Assembly: GCA_965644315.1 (NCBI GenBank)
Contig: CBFFRQ010000069.1
Coordinates: 1,302,001 to 1,366,000 of the forward strand
Source of the DNA: Caecitellus pseudoparvulus
Taxonomy: Eukaryota > Protista > Bigyra: Bicosoecida
DNA: 64,000 nucleotides
Direction: 5' to 3'
The number at the start of each line of letters is the position of its first letter. The first letter of the stretch is position 1. The notes under the pieces are model-generated. The model was not told where the DNA came from, made no database searches, and worked only from the letters and a program-made list of their open reading frames with translations. Made by a program: the position numbers and the translations under genes. Below, in pieces: positions 9,701 to 20,571 of this stretch.

Positions 9701-11672
9701 CTGACGCGACTTGCCCATGGACCAGCACCCTGTCTCCTCGGACAAGGGACGTTTCCTTCGGGAACTTCACGACCTGGCCTCCTTTGTGGGCTGACACGGC
9801 GCGATTGGTGTCTGCGGCGATGTCTGCATGGCGCCACGCGAAGGAGCCTTGCACAGACAGCACAGCTTGGGCATTCTGCAGTGGCAGGTCCGGCGTAGGG
9901 ACTGTCAGGCTTTCGAAGAATGCGTCCATGCGCCTGGCGCTCACACCAGCTTGCAGCACCCCAGTCACAACCCAAGCGTACGCGTTGAGCGGAAAAACGA
10001 GCGACTGCAGCAGAGACACAGCTGTGAACACGGCTGAGGGTTTCAATGCGGCATGTCGCCCAGCTGTGTGAGAGAGGCCATACACAGCTGCAAAGGTGCA
10101 CAGCGTGACGAGGACGGGGGTAGCCGCCCACAGGTACACACAAGCAGCATCCAAGAATTTGCGGGCACTCAGTGCTGCCACCTCCCGCTCCCGAGCAAAC
10201 ACCATGCGGGCCAGCGAGAACACTTCCCATCCAAGCATCTTCAGGCTGGAGATGGAGGAGAGAGCCTCACCGCCAGCCTGCAATCGCTCGTCCCTGTGCC
10301 CCATCATCTCGCCGGTCAGCGCGCCGATGCGCTTTGAGAGGGCGATGTTCAGGGGCACGAACAAAGCGATGATGGCAGCACCAGCAAGGAACGCGGAGTG
10401 CACTTGAGTGTAGAGCAGGTACAGAGTGACCGCCACCTGCACAGGCAAGGCCCAAAGCTGATGCGCCGAGGCGACGACATCCATGACCTGCTGCGTGTCC
10501 ACACTGAACATGTCCGTCACACGGCCAGTATTGAAGGCAGGGCGGAGGTGAGCAGGGCAGGCAACTGACGCTTTGAAAATGGCAGGCAGAAGAGCTCGGC
10601 GCACTCGCACTTGGACCTGTGCCACGCCGTAGTTGAACGCGGTGCCAACCACGGCGCTCAGCAGAGCAGCAGCTGGCATGCCCACCGCCAGCGCCAGCGC
10701 GTCCCAGTTTCGGCCTTCCTCCACGTTCTCGATCCACTGCAAAAGTCGCTGAAGTAGCAGTGGGCCAGCGAATGAGAGGGCCACAACACAGGCCTGCAGG
10801 GCCCCCAGAATAAGCATGGGGGTGCGAAAGGTGCTCCACAACGCTGAGGCTGTCCGACCCAGACACGGGTGCGCCGGCGGACCAAGCAGGGCCTGCCACA
10901 CTGCTTCTGCTTGCTCTTGGTCATCATCCTCTGGTGCCAGCTGTGGGACGTCTTCCACAGCAAGCTGGCAGTTGCTGCCGTGCTCCAGCAGCCGCCACAG
11001 CCAGGAGACAGTGAGGTACGAGGGCCAAGATGCCTGCTTGTGGGCGTGCGTGCGCCTTGCCCACGAAGCAACGTGTCTGGCAGCCTGCGCAGCATCGGCA
11101 GGGCGCGGACTGCGGCGGCAGAAGAATTCAGCCGCCGGCAGCAGGTTCGCAATGGCGCAGGAAGCGAAGCAGACCACCCGCAGCGTGGCCAGGAGCAGCG
11201 TGTCAGGCAAGTCTGCGCCCATGCTCAAGTTCATGGTGACTGACAGCCGCTGCATGCCGAGAAACGTCACAAACACGGCCAGGATGCCAGAGGGGAAGAC
11301 GCTCCAATGAAAGGCGTTGCTGGCCATGGAGGCCAGCAACGCTGCCAGCGCGTAGATCCCTGCACACGTACTGGCCACGATGGCAAAGGCTGTGCAATGC
11401 GTGCCTTTCCCCTGCCCGGCAGCCGTGATGGCCCACAGAGCCGAGAGCATGGCACCTAGCACCACTGCCATGGTCTGGCACCACACCAGCACGCAGCTTT
11501 GGGAGGCTCCGTACCCTTTGCCGCAAGCTCGGCGAGCAAAACCCAGGGTGAGCAGCAACATGACGGCAGAATCTAGCAGGGGATCGACCCAGGCGTTAAT
11601 GAATGAATGACCCTGGGTATGGCCGACTAAGTTCCAGTCATTGCTGCATTCCCATGGCTGCTGCGCTGGCAT
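6798..11672 (-). CDS. ABCC10: ABC transporter subfamily C, ABCC10/MRP7-like, 1624 aa, apparently intronless
   Basis: TMD0-TMD1-NBD1 (GQVASGKSS, LSGGQ, LLLLDAPLGALD)-TMD2-NBD2 (GRTGSGKS, VPQDP, DEATSS, IAHRL). ABCC10-type strings RKFLDAACVYLWAATPVLV, RELKRLDSVTRSP and FVSVERVREY. Confidence 0.85.
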   Translation of the reverse strand: MPAQQPWECSNDWNLVGHTQGHSFINAWVDPLLDSAVMLLLTLGFARRACGKGYGASQSCVLVWCQTMAVVLGAMLSALWAITAAGQGKGTHCTAFAIVASTCAGIYALAALLASMASNAFHWSVFPSGILAVFVTFLGMQRLSVTMNLSMGADLPDTLLLATLRVVCFASCAIANLLPAAEFFCRRSPRPADAAQAARHVASWARRTHAHKQASWPSYLTVSWLWRLLEHGSNCQLAVEDVPQLAPEDDDQEQAEAVWQALLGPPAHPCLGRTASALWSTFRTPMLILGALQACVVALSFAGPLLLQRLLQWIENVEEGRNWDALALAVGMPAAALLSAVVGTAFNYGVAQVQVRVRRALLPAIFKASVACPAHLRPAFNTGRVTDMFSVDTQQVMDVVASAHQLWALPVQVAVTLYLLYTQVHSAFLAGAAIIALFVPLNIALSKRIGALTGEMMGHRDERLQAGGEALSSISSLKMLGWEVFSLARMVFAREREVAALSARKFLDAACVYLWAATPVLVTLCTFAAVYGLSHTAGRHAALKPSAVFTAVSLLQSLVFPLNAYAWVVTGVLQAGVSARRMDAFFESLTVPTPDLPLQNAQAVLSVQGSFAWRHADIAADTNRAVSAHKGGQVVKFPKETSLVRGDRVLVHGQVASGKSSVLMALAGIMPPLTSGRRRQSAVHTILVPPKPWIRRMTVHENLVCLGDALVPLPGHEALRTALAQRALSAVDLEVDLASFPRGTSTRIRPGRLSGGQASRLGLARGLYAAWLVATTCDAEEPGALLLLDAPLGALDATTAANVTRRALNAGALQGTPWYDKARSHISIVLATHRPESFHGWSTSHWHIASGLVTTSHTSHHADQGGSVAPAFPKESAEAALSDEAGAEGVVEDPSQDEDDTEHRQAGALAGGTLSVYACAVPVGLLVVLFVSMLVMQSTRNGADWWLAQWSSSVALAERQAAQSSPGNTSSPSFFMPRRELWSPPPGFASSEFLVVFAAIAGVNTLATLIRSLAFAEGGLQAAKVLHRRLVSAIFSAPLTWFARHPTGQVTNRLSRDQYAVDETLPFQVNILLAQLLGITGTLVILGIATQGVFLAALPIVGVAYWRLQHVYRTAISRELKRLDSVTRSPLFAHFDECVALESPGLAVLQAAEVGATTQGGGVLRAELSRLQSVLRVNQRVLFANMAGAQWLGIRLQGLGVFVLCVISLWAVFDRLLADPPEPGQHRGDAPGAYSTAEQSAGASGLALAYALPITAALQGLIAALAATEQEFVSVERVREYFGAPRESQNLTSALSTALRHLHDQVGGTVQGCWCCLRAASATAASRQQVNAEFTAATGGRRAPPPQLSINIDGSAATQPLLLGASLGPEPDRTLHLRLKHLGVSYASESSQRRPLALDLRQHDISIAPGTKVGVVGRTGSGKSTLLAALWRLTPSPAHGAVLWNGREASRVPLLAHRTSMTAVPQDPLVLSGQVRDSLDPYGRHSLQEMQEALRSVGLARLTPWDEVEPGATNLSSGTKQLLSIARALLEGRSFVAVDEATSSTDAGAEEVVSSLLRALPATTTLFVIAHRLATLQGMDLIMVLQEGKLVEFGSPRELASRGGAYSQLLAASHSGAASGATRP

Positions 11673-11700
11673 GCTTCCGGCTCAACTGGTTGGGTGGTGT

Positions 11701-11709
11701 TGCGGAAAT
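11701..11709 (-). promoter_or_regulatory. ATTTCCGCA element, 28 bp upstream of the ABCC ATG
   Basis: Exact 9-mer (CAATTTCCGCA on the gene strand). Confidence 0.5.
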
Positions 11710-12015
11710 TGGACGACTTGGCGTGCTACAAGTTCCTGGGGCAGGGCACGCGCCCAGAGCCTGACCCAGCCGTGGCAAGAGAATGCAGTGGAAGTGGTGT
11801 AGGGACAGGCAACACAGATCCAAGGGGCAGGGCTTAGGCCTTTCTCGGCGCCTGGGTGGTGACGTCCTGGGTTTTGTCAGGTGCAGGGCCGATGCATGCA
11901 AGAGGTACTGCTGCGACAAATCCGACATCCAAAGTTGCTCCAGCGAAAAGCACGGTCACTCCACTCACACACACAGTAACCTCTGTTGCTCGTCCCCAGC
12001 ACCGCAGCGCCAAGC

Positions 12016-13057
12016 ATGTTCAACATCTTCGGCACCCGCAGCCAGGAGCAGAAACGCAAGGCAGCCACGCCAGCTGCCAACAGTGCTCGAACCATGGAAG
12101 CGTTGAAGAAGGCGACGGAGCGAGAGGCTGCCCTGGAGAAGAAGATCAAGTTTCTGCAGCAGAAGAAGGACGCACTGCATGCTCAGGCCAAGGCTAAGCT
12201 GGCTGCTGGAGACAAGACGGGAGGTGTGTGGCGGCCCCATTTCTCTGAAACGCCGGCGGCACCTGGCCTCGCTTGCCTGGAGGCCTGCGTCTCACACGCT
12301 CAGCGCGGCAGACCTTCCACACAGCACTCAGTCACCCACAAACCCTGCCCCGTCCCCTGCTTTGCAGCCAAGCACATTCTCAAGCGCAAAGCCATGCTGG
12401 ACTCGCAACTGGCGCAGGTGGAGGCAGCGCTCGGCAAGTCCATGCTCATGCGAGGGGCATTGGAGCAGTCCAACATGACCCAGCAAGTCGCTCATGGAAT
12501 GCGGAGTGCCCAGGAGGCACTGGCACAAGCTAACGCTGGCATCAACCCCGACGAAATCGCCGACATCATGGACTCCGCGCAGGAGCAAGTGGAGGCCGTC
12601 CAGTCGGCCTCTGACGCGCTCAGCATGCCGATGCCAGGCGAGATGGATGAAGTATGTGCACCCCGTACGCGACAAGGCCGCTGTGCCACGGCACTCCACC
12701 TTCGTGCCTCGCTCCCCGCAGTTCGATATGGAGGATGCTTTGGCAGAGCTGGACGACGACATCGCTGCTGACCAGGCCAAGGTTGCGGCGCCGACTGCAG
12801 CACCACTACCACCCACCGCCGCTATGCCAGCAGCGACAACACAGGCTTCGACAGCCACTGCAGCCACCACATCAACCACAGGTGCCGCAGAAGCTGCCGC
12901 GCTTCCTCAGGCACCGTCTGCGTCTCTGCCAGCAGCGGCCACGGCTGCCACGCCAGGCACTGCGGTTCCTGCAGGTGCCGGTGGAGCGGGCGGCGGTGGG
13001 GAGAGCGAAGACATGGATGACGAACTGCGCATGCTGGAGGCATCCATGGCGATGTGA
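12016..13057 (+). CDS. SNF7: ESCRT-III subunit SNF7/Vps32/CHMP4-like, about 275 aa
   Basis: MFNIFG..., LEKKIK, AKHILKRKAMLDSQL, INPDEIADIMD, C-terminal DDELRMLEASMAM. Introns 12224-12367 and 12652-12721. Confidence 0.85.
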
Positions 13058-13074
13058 ATGCATTGCACGGCGCA

Positions 13075-15483
13075 TCACCCCCACGGGCTGGCGCGCGTGC
13101 CTCGTCCACTCTCGTGGCGCCCGTTGGACCAGCCTGCTTTGAACTCCCGCGCACCCCCATCTTCCGCGACGAGGCCTTTGCCTGCCCCCACTGAAGCCGA
13201 GGCAGGCGGTGCCTGCGCAACTCGTGCGGCAGATGCGCTGGCACCTGCCGCGGCGGGGCCGGCGGCAGCCTGCCCTGCACCGGCAGCTAAGGCTGGTGCA
13301 GGCGGAGCGGAGACCAGGCTGGGTGTGTGTCGTGACGGCAGGCTGCCCCACATGCCGCCCCCGAATCCCGCCACGGTGCGACCTCGTCCCCGGCCACCCC
13401 TCCCTCTGCGACCCCTGGCAAGGATGCTGGCCCCCGTTCGGCGCACGCCTGGCTTGTTGCCGCGTCGAACTCGCACAGGCTCCCGGGCCGCCCCAGACCG
13501 AGCGCCATGCGAAGTGTGGAGCTGGTCAGACACGTGCATCTTCAACGATCCCAGCGGGTCTGAACTCGTCGAAGGCAGTACAGCATCCTTGCCAGGCGCT
13601 GCTGGGGTGGACTTGGTGCCTGCACGCGCAAGGGCTGCGCGCTGACTGGCTGAGACGCCTCCCAACATTGTGACGGTGCCGGATGCACGCCTTCCGAAGG
13701 CCTTGCGTGCTGCTGCCGCGGTTGCGTGTGACTCATCCGCTTCCTTGCTGACCTCGTCAAAGGCTTTCACATCCCGAAGCTGGCCTACAGGCACGGCACC
13801 CTTGGCGGGCACTGCCCTTGAGGCTTCCATGGCCGCCCCTCCGTCGTCATCCTCTTCCGCCTCTTGCAGCTGTTTCATGAGCCGGAAGGAGGGCACGTCC
13901 ATGCCAAGCTCTGCTGCTTTTGCTTCTTCGTCGGCGTCGTCGTCTCCCCCTGCCGCCTCAGCGTGCCCTTCCGCCGCACTGGCAGCACCCTGCTCAGTGG
14001 GGTTTGGTGCAGAGGCGCAGGAATGCGACGCAGCACCTGCGCTTGGTGCTCCAAGTCTGCTTGCGTGCACCTCGAACCACTCATCACCATCGGCATCCGT
14101 GAGGGCGGGCTGAGTCCGGTCTGCGTCAAGGCCCACTGCCTCCTCAAGACTAGGCACCAAGAGGGAGGCACGGCGCAGGCCGCGAAGCGAGAACAGACAA
14201 GAGCCGCCATCGACTCGCACTGCTAGGAATTCACACATGAACTCAGCACGTCGCTTCATGCTCCCTATCGACGTGCCAAGCGCAGCCACCACGCCAGAGC
14301 CCTGCGCGACTCTCTTCGGGTTCATCGCTGCTGAGGGCAGCTGTAGCTCAGGGTGTGGGCAGCACTGCAGCAGGAAGTGTGCCACCTGTACAGCACACAG
14401 GGAAAGGCACACGTCTGAGCTCTGGCCTGGGCTGCGTGCGGTGATGCGCATGGTTGGCAGGAGCGGAAGTGGGCCGCTGTAGCTCTCAGCACCCTTCTTC
14501 TGATTCAGCTCTACAAGAGACTGCCGCACAGAAATCTCGCACACTGCACCCGCAGGAGCCCCGCTGCACACCTCGCGCAGGGACTTGCTGTGCACAGGGA
14601 CAAACCTGGCCGGGCCTGCCGTGGCAGCACCGTTAGCTGCGGTGTCCGTGTCCCCCGAGTCTGGCACCGCCACGTACTGCGCTGAGCCTGGCATGGAAGG
14701 CGGCACTGCATGCAGTAGGGATGGGTCTGTGGCGGCGTGAGCCTGCCCGGCTGCTTGCATCTGCGCGCTGGGTCTGACCACGTCCATCTCCAGGCCCTCG
14801 CCAGTGGCTTCTGAGCCTCCCCCCACGAGGCTGGCGACTTCGCCTGGGTGGGCGAAGATCCACTCCACAGCTGCTTCTACATCAGAGCCGCCCGTGTGTG
14901 ACAGCCCCAGTCGGGCAACAGGCGCTTCAAGCCCCAAGCACTCAACCAGTTGTTGTACAGCTGCAGGGTCCGGAGTCGAGTGCCCGTGTACCACGCCCCT
15001 TCCCCCGCCAGCAGTGAAGCCTCCCGAAGACTCCACTGATCCAGCACCAGCACGTGCCGGTAGCACACTCCCCTCTCCGCGTCGCCTCTTTTGGGCGGTG
15101 CCGAAAGCATCAGCCTCAGCCAGCGGCTCAGCTGGCGCTGGCAGAGGAGCGGCTGCCCCTGCCATTGCACCATCCTGGACCTGGCTGGCCACACCACGCC
15201 CCCGCTTCGCCCCCAACGACCCACCAGATGTAAAGCAGGCGTCAATGCCTTCATCTTGTGCTTTCATCGCCCACGTGACGGCCTCCTGTAACGAGGTGTG
15301 TGACGAGCTTGCAAGGCGGGCCAGCTCCTCGTCAAACCCCATGCCAAGCAGCTGAGCCAGGAGGTCTGCTGCTGCGCTTTGGGGGACGCTAAGCATGGTC
15401 CCAGTAGTCTCTTGTGTACTAGCAGCCGCATGAGGTGGCGCGGCTTGACTGGGGTGCCCCCCCGCTTCACTTGGCGTGGCCAT
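13075..15483 (-). CDS. Protein with two UBA domains and a C-terminal RGG-rich tail
   Basis: UBA1 LAQLLGMGFDEELARLA..LQEAVTWAM; UBA2 VQQLVECLGL..ARLGLSHTGGSDVEAAVEWIFAH; RGRRGRGGRGRGR near the C-terminus. First ATG is at 15483. Confidence 0.7.
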   Translation of the reverse strand: MATPSEAGGHPSQAAPPHAAASTQETTGTMLSVPQSAAADLLAQLLGMGFDEELARLASSSHTSLQEAVTWAMKAQDEGIDACFTSGGSLGAKRGRGVASQVQDGAMAGAAAPLPAPAEPLAEADAFGTAQKRRRGEGSVLPARAGAGSVESSGGFTAGGGRGVVHGHSTPDPAAVQQLVECLGLEAPVARLGLSHTGGSDVEAAVEWIFAHPGEVASLVGGGSEATGEGLEMDVVRPSAQMQAAGQAHAATDPSLLHAVPPSMPGSAQYVAVPDSGDTDTAANGAATAGPARFVPVHSKSLREVCSGAPAGAVCEISVRQSLVELNQKKGAESYSGPLPLLPTMRITARSPGQSSDVCLSLCAVQVAHFLLQCCPHPELQLPSAAMNPKRVAQGSGVVAALGTSIGSMKRRAEFMCEFLAVRVDGGSCLFSLRGLRRASLLVPSLEEAVGLDADRTQPALTDADGDEWFEVHASRLGAPSAGAASHSCASAPNPTEQGAASAAEGHAEAAGGDDDADEEAKAAELGMDVPSFRLMKQLQEAEEDDDGGAAMEASRAVPAKGAVPVGQLRDVKAFDEVSKEADESHATAAAARKAFGRRASGTVTMLGGVSASQRAALARAGTKSTPAAPGKDAVLPSTSSDPLGSLKMHVSDQLHTSHGARSGAAREPVRVRRGNKPGVRRTGASILARGRRGRGGRGRGRTVAGFGGGMWGSLPSRHTPSLVSAPPAPALAAGAGQAAAGPAAAGASASAARVAQAPPASASVGAGKGLVAEDGGAREFKAGWSNGRHESGRGTRASPWG

Positions 15484-15489
15484 GTTGCT

Positions 15490-15498
15490 TGCGGAAAT
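15490..15498 (-). promoter_or_regulatory. ATTTCCGCA element, 6 bp upstream of the UBA-protein ATG
   Basis: TATTTCCGCAAGCAACATG on the minus strand. Confidence 0.55.
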
Positions 15499-16050
15499 AG
15501 AGCTTGCACAGCTAGGTTCGGCCACAGATCTGTTGTGGAGCGCAGCAATCCGGAGCTCCTTCTCTCACGGACAGCAATGAATGCACAACGATGACGAAAG
15601 GCAGTGGCTTTTTTCTGCTGGGCCGTGCTACAAGGCGACCTGTCGTACGCTGCTCCTGCGTCCTCCCGCTGCTTGTCTCCAGCGGTTGTTGCAACCAAGC
15701 GACCCGGTCCGTGCAGATACACGAGCAAGGCAGCGCCGCAGAGGCAGTACAGCGGCAATAAGCAGAGTAAGGGTACGAGTAGTTTGTTCGCGTGGGAGTC
15801 GCGAATCTGGCTCAGCACGCCTGCGACCGAATTTCAGTGGCGCAGGACGCTGGTCACCAGAGTGGAGTCCGGGGGCCACACGGCGGGCAAGGCACAATTT
15901 CTCATCCGCCATCATCGTGCCCCGCCATCGTCTGAGGCGTGTACCCTCCAGAGCGCCCAGTTGAGTGCTGAATGCCTGGCAAGCGTGGGCCGTGGAGCTT
16001 GCAACGCCAAGAGCAAGGCTTCCATCACCTCCTGCGCTTGTAAGGCACGG

Positions 16051-17771
16051 ATGGACGCGAGGCGGCGCAAACATGGAGCCAAGTCGGTCGACGTGCGCAT
16101 TCTGATGTCTCGCATTTCGTCGTCAAGTCGCATGGACTCCGGGGAAGTGCAGCGGTGGGCTCTGCAACACGAGGATCTGGCAGCGTTGCTGCAGATCCAA
16201 GGCGCAGCAGCAGCATCCTTGGCCAACATGAACCATAAGCTGTTGAAGGGGCACGTGTCTGCCCGACAAGACGACGAAAGAGTGTCCCTTCGACTCCTTG
16301 ACGCGACAGAGATGAGTGAGTGAGGGCGTCTCCGACCGAGAACGGAAGGAGCGCGTTGCATGCGGAAAATGCGGCGCACGGCACCTACTTTGAAGCGCCG
16401 TGCACCTTCCCTGACGCCTTTCCGACAGCCATGCAAGTACAAGATGACGAAAACAAGCAGGGAAAAGTGGATGGCGCCCGGACCGCCACAGTTTCTTTGT
16501 CCATGCATGACTGGGTCTTCGACGCGGAGCACGGAGGCGCTGCGCTGCTCCTGCAGCTCATTCGCTCAGCCCTGCCACGACGGGGCTCTCAGCCAGCTGC
16601 CTTTTCGTGCGCCGTTCCTCAGGAATGGCTAAATCACAAGCTGGGCCAGCTGTCACCCGCCTCTTGGGCAGAGTATCAGAGCATCGTTGCCACAGTTTGG
16701 GAGCAGTGCCTTCTGCGTGGCTTTCGAGCGACCCGCGAGCAAGCCAAGGAGACCCCTGCAGACTTGGAGCAGGCGGCAGCCAAGGTGGCAGCGAGTCTCA
16801 TCCAAGAAGAAGTTGCCGAGCAAGCCCTCAAGGCCAAGCGCAGGCACAAGCGCAAGCGCAAGCCTGCCAGTGGGCAGCTGCGCGAAAGTCGCGCCAAGCC
16901 TCGCGACACCAGTCCACACGCGCCGTGCACATCGCCGGGGGGGTCCATGAATTCCAAGCTGGCAGGGGACTCCGTGTTCGATGCACCGCAAGACGACGCT
17001 CCTTTGGAGCAGTGTGACCTGCCAGCGGTTGAACCCGCCCCGGACAAGCATGCCTCGTCTGTGCCGTCCGCGCGGCCAGGCGCTCTCAGGGCAAGCGCGG
17101 CCCTCGGCCACACCATGGTGGAAGAATCAAGTCCTGAAGGGGATGACCTTTGGCCTTTTGAGTACAGGTCAGGTGCGGTGACGCCGCCGGGCCGTCTGGA
17201 CCACGCAGGCGGTGGCCTAGAGCACCAGTTGGAGCGGTCCAGGGCAAACTCCTGCGACCTGCCGGGAGCAGATGCCGCTCAACCACTGCCATCTGGTGAT
17301 TCCTCCGCGCAGCCGGCCCCTCCTGTCACGCTGTCTCCAGAGGGAGCAAGCGTCGTCACTGGCCAGCACCGACACCTGTACTGGAACGCCGCTATCGGCA
17401 GCTCTGGCCTGGCCCACCCTGCACCACACTTCGGAGTGCAGGCTGCACATGTCCCGCACAGCAGCCTGAGTGCGCATGCGTGCCCTCCACAGTGGCAGCC
17501 AGGCATGCTCCCGCCCATGCCCATGCCGTCGACAGCTGGCGTGCCACACCACCCATTACTGCCTGTGCCGTCCTTTCTGGGCGGCGCAGCCTCAGGCCCA
17601 GCGCACGGGCATGGTCCTGATTTCCCTGCTACGCCTGCTGTCGTGGCTGTGTGGCACCAGCAAGCTGCGGTTTACCATGCCATGCAGGCCCACATGTTGC
17701 AGCACAGGGTGGTGGCAGCCCATCCAAGCACTGCCGCTCCCCAGACTGATCAAAGACAAACTCCAAAATGA
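16051..17771 (+). CDS. Hypothetical nuclear-type protein, about 535 aa
   Basis: Intron 16316-16428 (GTGAGT..CTGAC..CAG) joins two ORFs in frame. Contains a coiled coil, an NLS-like KAKRRHKRKRK and a Pro/His-rich C-terminus. Confidence 0.5.
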
Positions 17772-17861
17772 ATTTGCGTGAATCAAGTGGCTCCTACACC
17801 CCGCGAGCGGCTGTGCTTCAGTTGGTGCCGTTGGAATCCTCCCTCTCGGCACAGCCCTGCC

Positions 17862-17870
17862 TGCGGAAAT
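17862..17870 (-). promoter_or_regulatory. ATTTCCGCA element, 6 bp upstream of the COMMD ATG (reverse orientation relative to the gene)
   Basis: TGCGGAAATTGAACCATG on the plus strand. Confidence 0.55.
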
Positions 17871-17876
17871 TGAACC

Positions 17877-18648
17877 ATGGAGGTGGCGTTGTTGTCTGCT
17901 CCTGCGGGTGCGTCTGGGCTTGGGCTCCAGTGCACTGCAAGCGTGGCAGCAAGAATCATTTAACCCTCCTTTGCAGGCTTTGCGTCCGCCTGCCGGAGTT
18001 TTGCTGCCGCCGAGACGAAGGGCGGAGCGGAGGTGCTCAGCACCCTGGTGCACTCTGCCCATGCCGTCATTGTGAGGGAAGCTGTCGCAGTGGACGCTGA
18101 TGCAATTTCCCAAGTAAGCCCATGCGCCAAGGTGTAGGCACTGGCAGCCCGCCAAGCATGGCTCCTCTGCGTCTGCGCAGGAGCTGCGAGGAACCGGCGT
18201 GCATGCCTCGGTGCAGGCTGTGCAAGAGTGGAGCACAGCCTTGGCGTTTGTGTACCGGGCCGTGCAATCGCACAGTCCCAGTGCCGCAGAGCTCCAGGAG
18301 CTGCTTGTATCGGCTACAGAGCTGAGCGCAGGTGCCGCAGAGCTCGTGTGCAGACCTCTGTCAAGGCAAGCAGGTGGCGCAGGAGAGCAAGCTGGTGTGG
18401 CACAGTTGAGCATGTCCATTGGGCGGCTGGCAGGAGCTGAGTGGTCTGTTGGGGCCAGCGTCGCAAGCGGCATGGGGGCTGATACCGCTGCTGGCGACTT
18501 GCCGCTGCAGCCGTTCGTCAACTTGCAGCTGCGTGTGAGCACCGTGGAGGGTGGGGTCAAACACACACCGCTTCAACTGACGCTGGGCGAGTTCAACGAG
18601 CTGCACCAGCAGCTGAAAGACATGGCACAGGCCATGGATGGCGTGTGA
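17877..18648 (+). CDS. COMMD6: COMM-domain protein, most like COMMD6, about 211 aa, 3 exons
   Basis: COMM domain RLAGAEWSVGASVAS..PFVNLQLRV..GGVKHTPLQLTLGEFNELHQQLKDMAQAMDGV. Introns 17908-17976 and 18114-18180. Family call is confident; paralog assignment is less so. Confidence 0.7.
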
Positions 18649-18673
18649 GCAATACAGGCGAGGTGTTCCACCA

Positions 18674-20405
18674 CTACACTGCCACGCCATTCGCGGCACA
18701 CCACTGCTTGATGACCGAGACGAAGAACTCAGTCTGGGGGTTGGTGGTATTGCGCAGCATGCTCATGACATCAGCGAGCACCTCCTTCCCCAGCTTCCCT
18801 GCGATGACCAGCTGGAAGACGCCCATGCAAGCCCCCCGCTTACCTTCCCAGTACTCTGGCTCTGAGTCCAGGCGCTCCAGCACGTCGAACGCCTTGGCTG
18901 CAAAGTAGAAGGCACCCATCTTGTAGCAGTCGTTCGCGATCAAGCGCAGGAGGTTCAAGCTGTCTGCTGACGTGTCCATCTTCAAGTACAGCTCCCAAGC
19001 CTGTTTGGCCTTGCCGTTCATGATGTAGCACCGAGCGAGCCAGGAGAGGAAGGTGTACTCGCGCTGCATCTTGTCACTCTGGACAAGCAGCAGCGCCTCC
19101 TCGCCCTCCTTGTAGTTCCCCGACGCTGCACAGGTGATGCCAAAGTTCCAGTTGAAGTTGTCGTCCATGTACAGGTAGGCTTTGATGCTGTCCAGGAACA
19201 TGTGCACATCGTCGAACTGCTTCTGCAAGAAGAAGCACGATGCCATGCACTGCCTGCCAGGGATGGTGTCACACTCTGTGGGGGAGTCCCCCACGAGTCG
19301 GTACAATTGTGCTGCGGAGGCCAGGAACTCCTTGTTGTCTGTGGCTTGCCCAAGGGCAGCCAGCACTACCGCCTTCAAGATGTACTCATGGGGCACTTGG
19401 GGCTGCATGTCCTGGATGCGGTCGAACGCCTCCTGCAGGTGCCCGTTCTTTAGGTAGTAAATGACCAAGTTCAGCTTAGCCTCGGGGATGTGGTGCACAA
19501 GCTGCGGCAGCACGCGCAGCGCGTTGGCGCCGTTGCGGAACACGACCAAGTTGTGCTGCAACAGGTCGACATCGTCCAAGTTCACCCCCGCGTCCTTGAG
19601 GGGCTTCAGCTCCGCCTCTGCTGCCTTGCCGTTGTACAGGCGGAAGTGGTTGCATGCTTTGACGTTCAACGCCACGATCGACTCGGGGTACTTCTGTGTG
19701 TACACGCCCAGCAGCTCCAAGCTGACGTCGTAGTAGTCCATCTGCGCATGCAGCGAGCCGGCGCGGGGTGCAGCGCATGGGCGACGGCGCTGTCAGGCGA
19801 AGGGGCTGGCGCACCTTATAGTAGCACATTGCAATGTACACGTTCAGCGCAGCATCGTTGCGGTGGTCGAGTAGCAGAGCTTTGTACACGAGGCGCGCTT
19901 CGTCAAAGTGGGCTCTGTGGTAGTGTGCAGCGGCAAGGCAGAGCTGGTCCAGCTTCACATCCTCAAGCTGGGCGTGGTACGACGTCAAGGCGGCCTCGTC
20001 GCCTTGCCTCTGCGCCAGCTGAAACAGCAGGCGAACCTGCAGCTTGCCCCCGTCGCCTTTGTGTGCAGCCTCAGAAGCCTCCTCCAGGCGCCCCAAGTAC
20101 AGGAGACAAGTAGCACGGTACACGTTGAGAATCGGGCGATCTGCCATGGCAAGCAGCTCATCGTACGTTTCGAGGGCACGCTCATAGTCCCCCAGGTGCC
20201 ACGCGCAGTACGCAATCCAGTGCAGTGTCGTTTCATCCACCTCTCCCGACCGGCGCTTGAAGTCCAGCACAGCCAGGGCGCCACTGAAGTCCTGCTTCGA
20301 CACGAAGTCTTCAATGGTAGGAATATCAGCTTTTCCAATGCCCCTGGCTTGTCGGCGCTTGCTCCCCGCGCCGCCCGACTGTTTCCCGACCCGGCGAGCC
20401 AGCAT
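18674..20405 (-). CDS. IFT56: Intraflagellar transport protein 56 (TTC26/DYF-13), about 552 aa
   Basis: [12 protein letters not shown]|MDYYDVS, NLKACN-like [62 protein letters not shown]. Intron 19742-19814. Confidence 0.95.
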
Positions 20406-20571
20406 GGTGGCGTTGCGTGGGGAAACGCTCTCAACGGAAGCCCTCCAAGTGGCCTGGCCCACCTCTCGCCTGCAGCACTGCGATGCAGGGCGCGGCGCAA
20501 GTCAGAACAGCAGTCGCGGTTCGACATGTATTGTGCGCGACCGGTTTTGCATGCAGTGGGTGAGTGTTGTC

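Noticed and set aside
805-10071. Long antisense ORFs opposite the AAA and ABCC genes (805-1746, 2200-3198, 9112-10071) and similar ones elsewhere
   Set aside because: These are expected shadows of GC-rich coding strands and contain no recognisable motifs.
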